A DNA stretch of 24,000 bases from an uncultured Actinomycetes bacterium. Lineage in GTDB: Bacteria; Actinomycetota; Acidimicrobiia; Acidimicrobiales; RAAP-2. Below the pieces are notes generated by a model. The model saw only the letters and a program-made list of their open reading frames with translations, had not been told where the DNA came from and did not search any database. This document shows positions 6,765-14,615 of this stretch, in pieces; the stretch's first letter is position 1; every line of letters starts with the position of its first letter. Location of the stretch: positions 581,328-605,327 of the forward strand of contig CAVZUK010000003.1 in NCBI GenBank assembly GCA_963778465.1. The letters are read 5' to 3'. Position numbers and translations under genes: made by a program.

Positions 6765-8264
6765 GTGACGAATCTGGAAGCAGGGGCGGCGATCGCTCCT
6801 GGCAAAGGCCGGGACCGATTCGGGAACATCGAGACACGCGGGATCGACATGATCCCCGAGGTCGAACGCAGGTCCAAGCCCCACGAGCTCTTTACCGTGT
6901 TCTTCGGGCCGCAGTTCGGCTACGGGAACATGCTCTTCGGTGCCCTGGCCATCGCCTTCGGCCTCGGGTGGTGGGGAGCCTTCTCCGCCATCACCGTGGG
7001 CTCGCTCGTCGGGTCGCTCGTCTTCCTGGCCGTGACGCCGGTCAGCCCCAAGACGGGCACCAACACGCAGGTGTCGAGCGGTGCGGCCTTCGGCGTGAGG
7101 GGACGTCTCCTCGGCTCCGGCATCACCTGGTTCATCGCCATGGGCTTCTTCGTCATCCTCGTCTACACCTCGGGCGAGGCGATCATCTACACCTTCAATC
7201 GTTGGTGGGGCACCTCGACCAGCCTCACCGCGCTGTCGGTGGCGATGATCGCCGTGATCATCGTCACGTGCGTCTCGGCGGTGCTCGGTCACCGCACCCT
7301 CGAGCGCAGCGTCCGGGTCATCACGATCGCCTCGATCATCGTCGGCATCGGCCTCTTCGGCGTCTTCGCCAACAAGTTCCACGTGACGAGCGGCGGCAAC
7401 TACCTCCTCGGCAGCTTCTGGCCGACCTGGTTCCTGTCCGCCACGACCGCGGCGTCCCTCCCGATCTCGTGGGGTCCCTTCGTCGGCGACTACGGCCGGT
7501 ACATCCCGGCGACCGCCTCCCCCCGCCGGGTGGGCCTCGCCGGGTTCCTCGGGATCTTCCTCGGCTGCTGGGTGGCGATGGTGGCGGCCGCCTTCGCGGC
7601 CACGGCCTTCACCAAGGACGCGGGCAACTTCGTTCCCGGCATCACCGCGGCGGCCCCGACCTGGTTCCTGCTGCCGATGCTCCTCGTGCTCGGGCTCGCC
7701 TCCAACATCGCGAGCGCCGGCATGTCGCTCTACAACGCGGCGCTCGACATCGGCTCGTGGCCGTTCTTCTACCGGGTCAAGCGCTGGCAGATCGCGGTGG
7801 GCCTGAGCGCCATCGCCTTCGGCCTGACCTACCTCCTGGTGGTGGCCACCAACTTCCTCACCAACCTCGAGGCGTTCGTGACGATCATGGTGGTGACCGC
7901 CACGCCGTGGATGGTGTTCGTCGGGATCCACTACCTCATGAACCGGGGGCAGTACTCGCCCGGCGACCTCCACGCCTTTGCCATGCCGGGGGTGAGGGGC
8001 CGGTACTGGTACTGGAAGGGCGTCAACGTACGGGCCGTGTTCGCCTGGGGCGTCGGCGTGGCCCTCGGGCTGATGTTCTCCACCACCAGCCTGTTCACGG
8101 GTCCGCTGGAGAGCTCCGTGCAGGGAGTCGACCTGTCGTGGCTGATGGCCGGCGTCGGCGGCGGCCTCGTCTATCTGCTGCTCATGACGGTCTTCGCCGA
8201 CCGCCGGAGCGAGGTGCCCGACGTGACCGCGGCCACCGCGGAGAAGATGGGCGCCGTCCCGTGA
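6765..8264 (+). CDS. NCS1-family purine/cytosine-type permease
   Basis: 499 aa polytopic membrane protein. The N-terminal cytoplasmic segment NIETRGIDMIPEVERRSKPHELFTVFFGPQF is typical of CodB/FCY2-like NCS1 transporters, and about 12 hydrophobic segments follow. GTG start at 6765 is preceded by AGGAGGG at 6753-6759. Confidence 0.85.
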   Translation: MTNLEAGAAIAPGKGRDRFGNIETRGIDMIPEVERRSKPHELFTVFFGPQFGYGNMLFGALAIAFGLGWWGAFSAITVGSLVGSLVFLAVTPVSPKTGTNTQVSSGAAFGVRGRLLGSGITWFIAMGFFVILVYTSGEAIIYTFNRWWGTSTSLTALSVAMIAVIIVTCVSAVLGHRTLERSVRVITIASIIVGIGLFGVFANKFHVTSGGNYLLGSFWPTWFLSATTAASLPISWGPFVGDYGRYIPATASPRRVGLAGFLGIFLGCWVAMVAAAFAATAFTKDAGNFVPGITAAAPTWFLLPMLLVLGLASNIASAGMSLYNAALDIGSWPFFYRVKRWQIAVGLSAIAFGLTYLLVVATNFLTNLEAFVTIMVVTATPWMVFVGIHYLMNRGQYSPGDLHAFAMPGVRGRYWYWKGVNVRAVFAWGVGVALGLMFSTTSLFTGPLESSVQGVDLSWLMAGVGGGLVYLLLMTVFADRRSEVPDVTAATAEKMGAVP

Positions 8265-9109
8265 GCTCGCCGACGTCGGTGTACTTCCGCTCCGGCGATC
8301 TCCGGATGCACGCCGCGCACCACCGCGGCGCCGGAGGGCTGCCCCTGGTCGTCGTGCCGGGCATCACGACCCCGGCGGGGGCGTTCGCCTTCGCCGCCGA
8401 ACGGCTGGCGGCCTTCGCGGGCGACGTCTACGTCCTCGACATGCGCGGTCGCGGCTACTCGGAGCGGTCGCCCTCGGGCACCCACCGGGCGTCCGACTAC
8501 GCGCAGGACGTCCTCGCGCTCGTCGAGGACCGTGGGCTCGAGGGCGCGGTGCTGGTCGGCCATTCGCTGGGAGCCCGGGTGGTGGCGGCCGCCCGGGCGC
8601 GCTTCCCGGGCTGCGGATCGGGGGTCGTGGCGATCGACCCGCCGATGTCGGGCCCCGGCCGCCGGCCCTACCCGATTCCGCTCGACCGCTTCATCGACGG
8701 CATCCACGGGGCCCGTTCCGGCCTCGGCGAGCAGCAGGCTCGCGAGCACTACCCGACCTGGACCGACGACCAGGTGGCCGCCCGTGGGCAATGGCTCGGC
8801 TCGTGCGACGAGATCGCCGTCGTCGAGAGCTACTCCTGGTTCCACCTGGAGGACTTCCCCCCGGTCTGGAAGGAGGTGGAGCCGCCGGCACTCCTCCTCT
8901 ACGGCGACGAGAGCCCTGTCGTGACGGCGAGCGACGCGGCCGAGCTCGGGGCCGCCAACCCGCGTGCCGCCCTCGCCTCCGTGGCGCACAGCGGCCACAT
9001 GATCCCGTGGGACAACCTCGAGGAGACCCTCCAGCAGATCGAGCTGTTCACCACGAAGCTGGTGACCGACACGACGCACCCGACGACCAACCGACCAGGG
9101 GGTACGTGA
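8261..9109 (+). CDS. Alpha/beta-fold hydrolase (candidate N-formylmaleamate deformylase-type, NicD-like role)
   Basis: 282 aa. PLVVVPGITT (oxyanion region), nucleophile elbow GHSLGA, C-terminal catalytic His context AHSGHMIPWDN. GTG 8261 overlaps the permease TGA (GTGA, 8261-8264). The specific NicD-like role is inferred only from the neighbouring NicX-like gene. Confidence 0.8.
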   Translation: MSSPTSVYFRSGDLRMHAAHHRGAGGLPLVVVPGITTPAGAFAFAAERLAAFAGDVYVLDMRGRGYSERSPSGTHRASDYAQDVLALVEDRGLEGAVLVGHSLGARVVAAARARFPGCGSGVVAIDPPMSGPGRRPYPIPLDRFIDGIHGARSGLGEQQAREHYPTWTDDQVAARGQWLGSCDEIAVVESYSWFHLEDFPPVWKEVEPPALLLYGDESPVVTASDAAELGAANPRAALASVAHSGHMIPWDNLEETLQQIELFTTKLVTDTTHPTTNRPGGT

Positions 9110-9110
9110 C

Positions 9111-9713
9111 TTGACCTCGACCATCGAAGAGGCGCCGCGCTTCGCGCTCGAGACCGAAGTCGAACGCCGCGCCGTGGCGTGGATTGCGCCCTACAGCCAG
9201 GCCTGGCACCTCGAGCGAGCACGGGACTGGCTGGTGTACCTCGACGGGGACTCGACCCTCGAGATGCGGCTCGCCGTCGTCACGCACGACATCGAGAGGA
9301 TGTTCCCCGGCGGACCGCGCTTCGACAAGCGCCACGGTCGGTGGGACGACCCCGACTACCTCTACGCGCACGCCTCTCGGTCTGCCGAGGTGGTCGGCGT
9401 GTGGATCCACGGCGAGGGCCTGGCCGACGGCCTCTCGGTGAGCGAGGTCCGTCGCCTCATCACCCTGCACGAGTTCGGGGGCATCGACGGAGCCGACCTG
9501 GTGCAGGCGGCCGACTCGCTGTCGTTCCTCGAGACCCTCCAAGACGTCGTGTGCAGCTGGGTACGCAAGGGCGAGTGCGACGTGGCCCAGGCGCGGGCCA
9601 AGCATCAGTACATGGCCGACCGGATCCGGATCGCCGAGGCCAAGCGGCTTTCCGAGCCGCTCCTCGAGAGCGCGCTCTCGTCCCTGGACGATCTCGCGCT
9701 GCTCGAGGCGTGA
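9111..9713 (+). CDS. Hypothetical protein with HD-like metal-binding motifs (arrangement reminiscent of DUF4202 / HD superfamily)
   Basis: 200 aa with good GC3 bias. Motifs: VVTHDIERMFPG, ITLHEFGG, AADSLSFLE. TTG start at 9111 lies 1 nt after the hydrolase TGA (9107-9109), suggesting co-transcription. Both the start codon and the family assignment are uncertain. Confidence 0.5.
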   Translation: MTSTIEEAPRFALETEVERRAVAWIAPYSQAWHLERARDWLVYLDGDSTLEMRLAVVTHDIERMFPGGPRFDKRHGRWDDPDYLYAHASRSAEVVGVWIHGEGLADGLSVSEVRRLITLHEFGGIDGADLVQAADSLSFLETLQDVVCSWVRKGECDVAQARAKHQYMADRIRIAEAKRLSEPLLESALSSLDDLALLEA

Positions 9714-9768
9714 CATGAGACCTATGACCTCGACGCACTACATGGCAACCAGCCGGGGAGGATGAGCA

Positions 9769-10188
9769 ATGTTCGACCGGATCCTGTTAGCCGTTGACGG
9801 CTCCGACCACTCCAACCGTGCGCTGGCGCGCGTGATCGAGCTGGCGGGGGAGAAGGACGGCGAGGTGCGGGTCGTCAACGTGCACGAGATCCATTGGGTC
9901 GCACGTGCCGTACCGACGTCCCGGGACGAGGACACCCCAGAGGCCACCGGGCTGGTGGCCGACACGCTCAAGCAGCTCGAGGGTGCGGGGGTCAAGGCGT
10001 CGGGGGCCGTCCGCCAGTCGCTGTCGGGGCGGATCGCCGCCGAGATCTGCGAGGAGGCGGCCGACTGGGCAGCCTCGGTCATCGTCCTCGGGACCAGGGG
10101 CCACACCGACCTGGAGAGCGTCCTCCTCGGCAGCGTGTGCCACCGCGTGCTGCACCTCGCCAAGGTTCCCGTCCTCGTGGTCCCCTGA
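9769..10188 (+). CDS. Universal stress protein (UspA family)
   Basis: 139 aa. MFDRILLAVDGSDHSNRAL...VIVLGTRGHTDLESVLLGSVCHRVLHLAKVPVLVVP (G-x2-G-x9-G-S ATP-binding motif). GGGGAGGA Shine-Dalgarno sequence upstream. Confidence 0.9.
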   Translation: MFDRILLAVDGSDHSNRALARVIELAGEKDGEVRVVNVHEIHWVARAVPTSRDEDTPEATGLVADTLKQLEGAGVKASGAVRQSLSGRIAAEICEEAADWAASVIVLGTRGHTDLESVLLGSVCHRVLHLAKVPVLVVP

Positions 10189-10240
10189 CCATCCGCGGTA
10201 CGGGCGGCACGCTCGGGCGCGGCTCGGGACCGGCGACCGC

Positions 10241-11854
10241 TCAGGGCGCGGAGACGGGCGCAGAGAATTGCCGACGCAGCTGCTCCTTCAGGATCTTGTT
10301 GAGCGTCTCGTTCCGAGGCAGCCGCTCGACGATCTCGAGCTGCTCGGGGATCTTCTGGGTCATGAGCCCCGCCTCGCGGCAGAACCGTCGCAGCTCGTCG
10401 AACGTGAGGGCCTCGGCTCCGGGCGACGGCTCGACGACCGCGCACACCCGCTCGCCGGTCGAGGGGTCGGGCAGCCCGATCACGGCCACCGCGCCCACCT
10501 GGGGATGGGTGTAGAGGAGGTCCTCGACCTCCTTGGCGCTGACGTTCTCTCCCTTGCGGATGATGATGTCCTTGATGCGCCCCGTGATCACGAGGTGCCC
10601 GTCCGCACGGAGGTGCCCGACGTCCCCGGTGCGGAACCATCCCTCGTCGTCGAAGGCCTCGGCGGTCTGGGCCTCGTCGACGTAGCCCTTGCAGACCATC
10701 GGACCCCGCACCCGGACCTCGCCGTCGACGCCGACGGGGCACGCGTTCCCCTCCGGGTCGACCACCCGCAGCTCGGCCCCCGCGACCGCCCTTCCGTCGG
10801 TGTTCGCGAGCTGCTCGTCCTCGTCCCACGGGCGCCCCATGGCGAGCATCGGCACCTCGGTCATGGCGTACCCGTGCACGGTGCGGACACCCATCTCGCC
10901 CAGCACCTCGTAGAAGATCTCGGGTGGCTTGGGGGCACCCCCACCCGAGAGCAGACGGAGGCTCGGGATGAGCACCTCTCCGGGGCGCTTCCGCTGCTCC
11001 GCCAGGTACGCCGCGTAGAAGGCCGTGCTGCCACCGCCGACGGTGACGCCGTGGCTGGCAAAGAGCTCGATGGCCTGTGCCGGCCGGAAGGCGTCGACGA
11101 GCACGGCGGGGATCCCGTCCATCAGCATCATGACGAGGTAGTCGGGCCCGGCGATGTGGGTGAAGGGAAAGGCGATCGAGCCCACGTCACCCTCGCCCAG
11201 GCCGAGCGCCAGAGCCAGCGCCCGACCACCGGCGAGCAGCGTCTCGTCCGTGTGGCGCACGCCCTTCGGGGCCGACGAGGTCCCCGAGGTGTAGTAGATC
11301 CAGCGGACCGGCTCGTCCCCGACCGGCACGTCCCCGTCGCGTATCTCCCCGTCGGGCACCTCCCCGTCCGGTGTCGCACCGGGAGCGGGAGGAAGCGGCG
11401 AGGCGCTCGGCTCGAAGAGATCCTCGCCCATGACGAGGATCTCCGGTGGCGACTCGAGCTCGGCCGAGATCCCCCTGGCCATCGCGGCGTAGTCGTGGCG
11501 ACCGAACCGCGCCGGCACCACGAAGAGCGACGGCCGGAGCTGGTCGAGCACGAAGCGCACCTCGCGCTCGCGGTAGACGTGGAGGATCGGGTTCTGCACC
11601 GCGCCGAGCCTCGAGAGTGCGAGGGACAGCGCGACCGTGTCGATCCACGTCGGGAGCTGCCAGGAGACGACCGTGCCCTCCACCACGCCGGCGGCTGCGA
11701 GGTTGCCGGCGGCGTCGACGGCCCGCTGCCGGAGCTGGCCGACGGTCAGCGATCCTCCGGTGCCGTCGAAGAGGAACGGGAGGTCCGGGTCGACCTCGGC
11801 CCGCCGTTGCAGGAGCCCCCAGATGCTGCGTGCGTCGTGGATGGTCTCGGGCAT
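10241..11854 (-). CDS. AMP-dependent acyl-CoA synthetase/ligase (ANL superfamily)
   Basis: 537 aa. AMP-binding motif YYTSGTSSAPKGVRHT, HGYAMTE, WFRTGDVGHLRADGHLVITGRIKDIIIRKGENV. Lies downstream of, and co-directional with, the TetR gene (61-bp gap). Confidence 0.9.
   Translation of the reverse strand: MPETIHDARSIWGLLQRRAEVDPDLPFLFDGTGGSLTVGQLRQRAVDAAGNLAAAGVVEGTVVSWQLPTWIDTVALSLALSRLGAVQNPILHVYREREVRFVLDQLRPSLFVVPARFGRHDYAAMARGISAELESPPEILVMGEDLFEPSASPLPPAPGATPDGEVPDGEIRDGDVPVGDEPVRWIYYTSGTSSAPKGVRHTDETLLAGGRALALALGLGEGDVGSIAFPFTHIAGPDYLVMMLMDGIPAVLVDAFRPAQAIELFASHGVTVGGGSTAFYAAYLAEQRKRPGEVLIPSLRLLSGGGAPKPPEIFYEVLGEMGVRTVHGYAMTEVPMLAMGRPWDEDEQLANTDGRAVAGAELRVVDPEGNACPVGVDGEVRVRGPMVCKGYVDEAQTAEAFDDEGWFRTGDVGHLRADGHLVITGRIKDIIIRKGENVSAKEVEDLLYTHPQVGAVAVIGLPDPSTGERVCAVVEPSPGAEALTFDELRRFCREAGLMTQKIPEQLEIVERLPRNETLNKILKEQLRRQFSAPVSAP
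11315..11374 (-). repeat. Imperfect 15-bp tandem repeat x4 encoding the pentapeptide repeat DGEVP-DGEIR-DGDVP-VGDEP inside the ligase gene
   Basis: The plus-strand core (G/C)TCCCCG(T/A)C recurs at 11315, 11330, 11345 and 11360 with an exact 15-bp period. It lies just N-terminal to the P-loop (WIYYTSGTS). Confidence 0.8.
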
Positions 11855-11915
11855 CGGTGTCGGTTCGGAGTGGGCGTCGGGGTCGCTGTCGGTGGGAGCG
11901 GAGTGGTCGGACGGT

Positions 11916-12578
11916 TCAGCGACGGTCTCCGGGCCTCGGCTCCGCCGACGGAGCCGGCGCCAGGGGTGCCGGTTCCTCGGCGACTCCCAGCACTGCTTTC
12001 ATGGCATGGAGGGCTCGTTGGGCCGCCCGGTGGTCGCCGCGCAGCTGTGCGGCCGGCTTGATGGCCGACGCCAGCGCCTCGATGGTGAAGGCCAGCTGCT
12101 CGGGGTCGGCCCTGTCCGGCAGGGCGCCGTCCTGAACGGCCCGCACGATGTCGGCGACCAGCGTGACGTGCCAGAGCTGGACCGCCGCGGCCACCGCCTC
12201 GTGAATCCGGCCCTCCCGGCTCGCGTACTCGAAGGACGACGTGGCGATGAAGCAGCCTCCAGGAAAAGGAGGATTCTCGGCGTACGAGGTCCAGGTGTCG
12301 CAGATGGCGAGCAGCCTCTCGATGCCGGGCGTCTTGCCGGCGACCGGCTCCCAGACGTTGGCGCGGAAGATCTCGGCCGCCAGGTCGACCGTCGCCAGCT
12401 GGAGCTCCTCCTTGCTGCCGAATTGGCCCAGGACCCCCGCCTTGCTCATCTCGAGGTCGCCGGCCAGGCGCCCGATCGTGACCGCTTCGAGGCCGTCGAC
12501 CGACCCGATGTCCGCGGCGCGGCGCAAGATCAGCGCCCTCGTCTCGCGGGCATCGGCAACCGATCGGCGTCCTGACAC
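11916..12578 (-). CDS. TetR/AcrR-family transcriptional regulator
   Basis: 220 aa from GTG at 12578 (VSGRRSVADARETRALILRRAADIGSVDGLEAVTIGRLAGDLEMSKAGVLGQFGSKEELQLA is a canonical TetR HTH). The ORF-track ORF extends to 13073, but those upstream residues are not TetR-like. Confidence 0.85.
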   Translation of the reverse strand: MSGRRSVADARETRALILRRAADIGSVDGLEAVTIGRLAGDLEMSKAGVLGQFGSKEELQLATVDLAAEIFRANVWEPVAGKTPGIERLLAICDTWTSYAENPPFPGGCFIATSSFEYASREGRIHEAVAAAVQLWHVTLVADIVRAVQDGALPDRADPEQLAFTIEALASAIKPAAQLRGDHRAAQRALHAMKAVLGVAEEPAPLAPAPSAEPRPGDRR

Positions 12579-12590
12579 GTAGGACAGTCT

Positions 12591-12611
12591 AGTGCCCGCC
12601 GGCACTTGACG
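12591..12611. promoter_or_regulatory. Candidate TetR operator (AGTGCC-N4-GGCACT) overlapping a -35-like TTGACG
   Basis: Perfect 6-bp inverted arms at 12591-12596 and 12601-12606 with a 4-bp spacer. TTGACG at 12606-12611 is followed about 18 nt later by AAAAAT (12630-12635) and then three ATGs (12636, 12642, 12651). The site lies in the 57-bp gap between the TetR start and the divergent ORF. Confidence 0.3.
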
Positions 12612-12635
12612 AACGAACGATCGGACGCCAAAAAT

Positions 12636-13139
12636 ATGAGGATGAGGCAGATGGAGCAGACGGACCGGACGGGACGGAACGGAAGGAAGCGGTCGAGGCC
12701 GATCGTGCTGCGACGTGCGTTGGAGGGTTGGCACGCCCGTCGCGTCGATCGCCAGGCGGCAGCCCAGATCGAGCGGGGCGTGCTGGAGGTCGTCCGGGAC
12801 CTGGCCGCGGTCGGCGGGCAGATCGGCCAGGTGGTCGACCTCCAGCGGCAGTCGGGACAGCCGATCCGGGGGGCCGGCGCCATCTCGCTGACCACGGGTG
12901 GCTGGAAGGTGATGCTCGCCGGGGTGGCGCCGCGGCCTCGCCAGGAGCTCGCGGCCGCCGCGGCCGGTCCGCTGCGCCTGGGAGGCGCCGGCCGCTACGG
13001 CCGGTACTGGTGGATCGAGGTCCACGGCAACCCCGACGCCCTGCCGGGCCCCCTGGTGCTCGTCGGGTCCCACCTCCGGACCCTGCCGGTGGCGGCGACC
13101 CGGATCGGCCGCCGGCGCCGGGAGGGCGACGAGGGCTGA
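12636..13139 (+). CDS. Hypothetical protein, no family recognised; divergent from the TetR gene
   Basis: The frame shows clear GC3 bias and plausible composition (…IERGVLEVVRDLAAVGGQIGQVVDLQRQ…GRYWWIEVHGNPDALPGPLVLVGSH…). The start is ambiguous among TTG 12606 and ATG 12636/12642/12651. The N-terminus is Arg/Lys-rich. Confidence 0.5.
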   Translation: MRMRQMEQTDRTGRNGRKRSRPIVLRRALEGWHARRVDRQAAAQIERGVLEVVRDLAAVGGQIGQVVDLQRQSGQPIRGAGAISLTTGGWKVMLAGVAPRPRQELAAAAAGPLRLGGAGRYGRYWWIEVHGNPDALPGPLVLVGSHLRTLPVAATRIGRRRREGDEG

Positions 13140-13157
13140 CGCGAGGTCGGCCCAGGC

Positions 13158-13814
13158 CTACGTCTCCTCGCTCTCCCAGCGGCGCCGGGACACCCACCGC
13201 GAGAGCGGATCGAGCGCGTAGTAGACGGCGAGGACAGCCTGGAGCACCAGGAAGGCATACGGGCTCAGGAACGCCACGCCGACCGCGGCGGTGTAGAGGA
13301 TCACGCCGACCGTGAAGAGCACCGTGGCCGTGTACCGGTCGGCCTCGGGGAACGTCGGCAGCAGCAGTCGCCGTCGGTGGGACGCGTACAGCCAAAGGGC
13401 GCTCCAGGCGTAGGCGTTCGCCGCCATCGTCAGGCCATAGAAGATCGCCGCGGTCTCCGCCCCCTGGTGCCGGTGCAGCGCCTCGCCGAGGACGCCCGTG
13501 GGGTAGGGGAGGAAGGCGATGGTCATGAGCAGCAGGAGGTTCAGATAGACGAGGCCGCGGTCGACGCGCTCGATGTGGTTGAAGATCGAGTGGTGGTTGA
13601 GCCACATGATGCCGATGATGGCGAAGCTCACGACGTACGCGGCCAGCGACGGCCAACGCTGGGTGAGCTGCTTGGTCAGGTCGTCGTAGTGGCTCGGCTG
13701 TGCGATGGTGAGGACGAGCAGCGTGATGGCGATGGCAAAGATGCCGTCGCTGAACGCCTCCACCCGGGCCTTGCTCAGCCCGTTCACTCTCGGCCCCCGG
13801 TCATGGCCCATCAT
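13158..13814 (-). CDS. TMEM175/DUF1211-family membrane protein (putative K+ channel)
   Basis: 218 aa from ATG 13814. Signature [19 protein letters not shown] near the N-terminus, then about 6 TM segments ([35 protein letters not shown] and others). The 5' extension in the ORF track (to 13988) is not family-like and would overlap the divergent gene. Confidence 0.85.
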   Translation of the reverse strand: MMGHDRGPRVNGLSKARVEAFSDGIFAIAITLLVLTIAQPSHYDDLTKQLTQRWPSLAAYVVSFAIIGIMWLNHHSIFNHIERVDRGLVYLNLLLLMTIAFLPYPTGVLGEALHRHQGAETAAIFYGLTMAANAYAWSALWLYASHRRRLLLPTFPEADRYTATVLFTVGVILYTAAVGVAFLSPYAFLVLQAVLAVYYALDPLSRWVSRRRWESEET

Positions 13815-13875
13815 CGCCGCGTCGGCGGGGCCTACGCTTCGTGCACTGACCGGCGCTGGGACGAGAGGAGCCCCC

Positions 13876-14580
13876 ATGGCCGACGTGAGGATCCCGACCC
13901 GACCCCGTGACCTCCCCGGATACGTGGCCGTCCCGACGGGGGACGGGCCGTGGCCGAGCGTCGTGGTGATCCACGACGCGCTCGGCATGAGCGCCGACGT
14001 CCGCCGTCAGGCCGACTGGCTGGCGGAGAGTGGCTACCTCTCGGTCGCACCCGACCTCTTCGCCTGGGGCAACAAGATGGTCTGCGTGCGGTCCGCCTTC
14101 CGGGACCTGAGCGCGCGGCGGGGGCGGCTCTTCGACGACGTGGAGGACGTCCGCAGATGGCTCGTCGACGACGGGCGGTGCACCGGTACGGTCGGCGTGA
14201 TCGGGTTCTGCATGGGCGGCGGGTTCGCGCTGCTCCTCGCACCGGATCACGGCTTCTCTGCGTCGAGCGTCAACTACGGGGTGGTGCCCAAGGACGCGGA
14301 GCGGATCCTCGCGGGCGCCTGCCCGATCGTCGGTAGCTTCGGGGCCAAGGACCGGACGTTGCGAGGTGCCGCCGAGCGCCTGGAGGCCGCGCTCACCGGC
14401 CTCGGTGTCGACCACGACGTCAAGGAGTACCCCGACGCGGGCCACTCCTTCCTCAACGACCACGACAGCAGGATGTTCGCGGTGGCGGGGGCCCTCATGG
14501 GCGGCGGCTACCACGACCCCTCCGCGCAGGACGCGAGGCGCCGCATCGTCGCCTTCTTCGACCGGCATCTGCGCACCTGA
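13876..14580 (+). CDS. Dienelactone hydrolase family protein
   Basis: 234 aa. [25 protein letters not shown], nucleophile region [16 protein letters not shown]-terminal [19 protein letters not shown] Shine-Dalgarno sequence at 13863-13870 before ATG 13876. Confidence 0.9.
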   Translation: MADVRIPTRPRDLPGYVAVPTGDGPWPSVVVIHDALGMSADVRRQADWLAESGYLSVAPDLFAWGNKMVCVRSAFRDLSARRGRLFDDVEDVRRWLVDDGRCTGTVGVIGFCMGGGFALLLAPDHGFSASSVNYGVVPKDAERILAGACPIVGSFGAKDRTLRGAAERLEAALTGLGVDHDVKEYPDAGHSFLNDHDSRMFAVAGALMGGGYHDPSAQDARRRIVAFFDRHLRT

Positions 14581-14615
14581 GGCGAGCCCCCCGCACGGTC
14601 GCCCGGCCGCGGTCG

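Noticed and set aside
2607-9109. Long 5' extensions of ORF-track entries (2607..4334, 3992..5704, 4915..6732, 6968..9109) as real N-termini
   Set aside because: The upstream parts overlap the preceding, well-supported genes in another frame and translate to Arg/Gly/Pro-rich sequence. The family-like sequence begins exactly at the ATG or GTG that overlaps the upstream stop codon.
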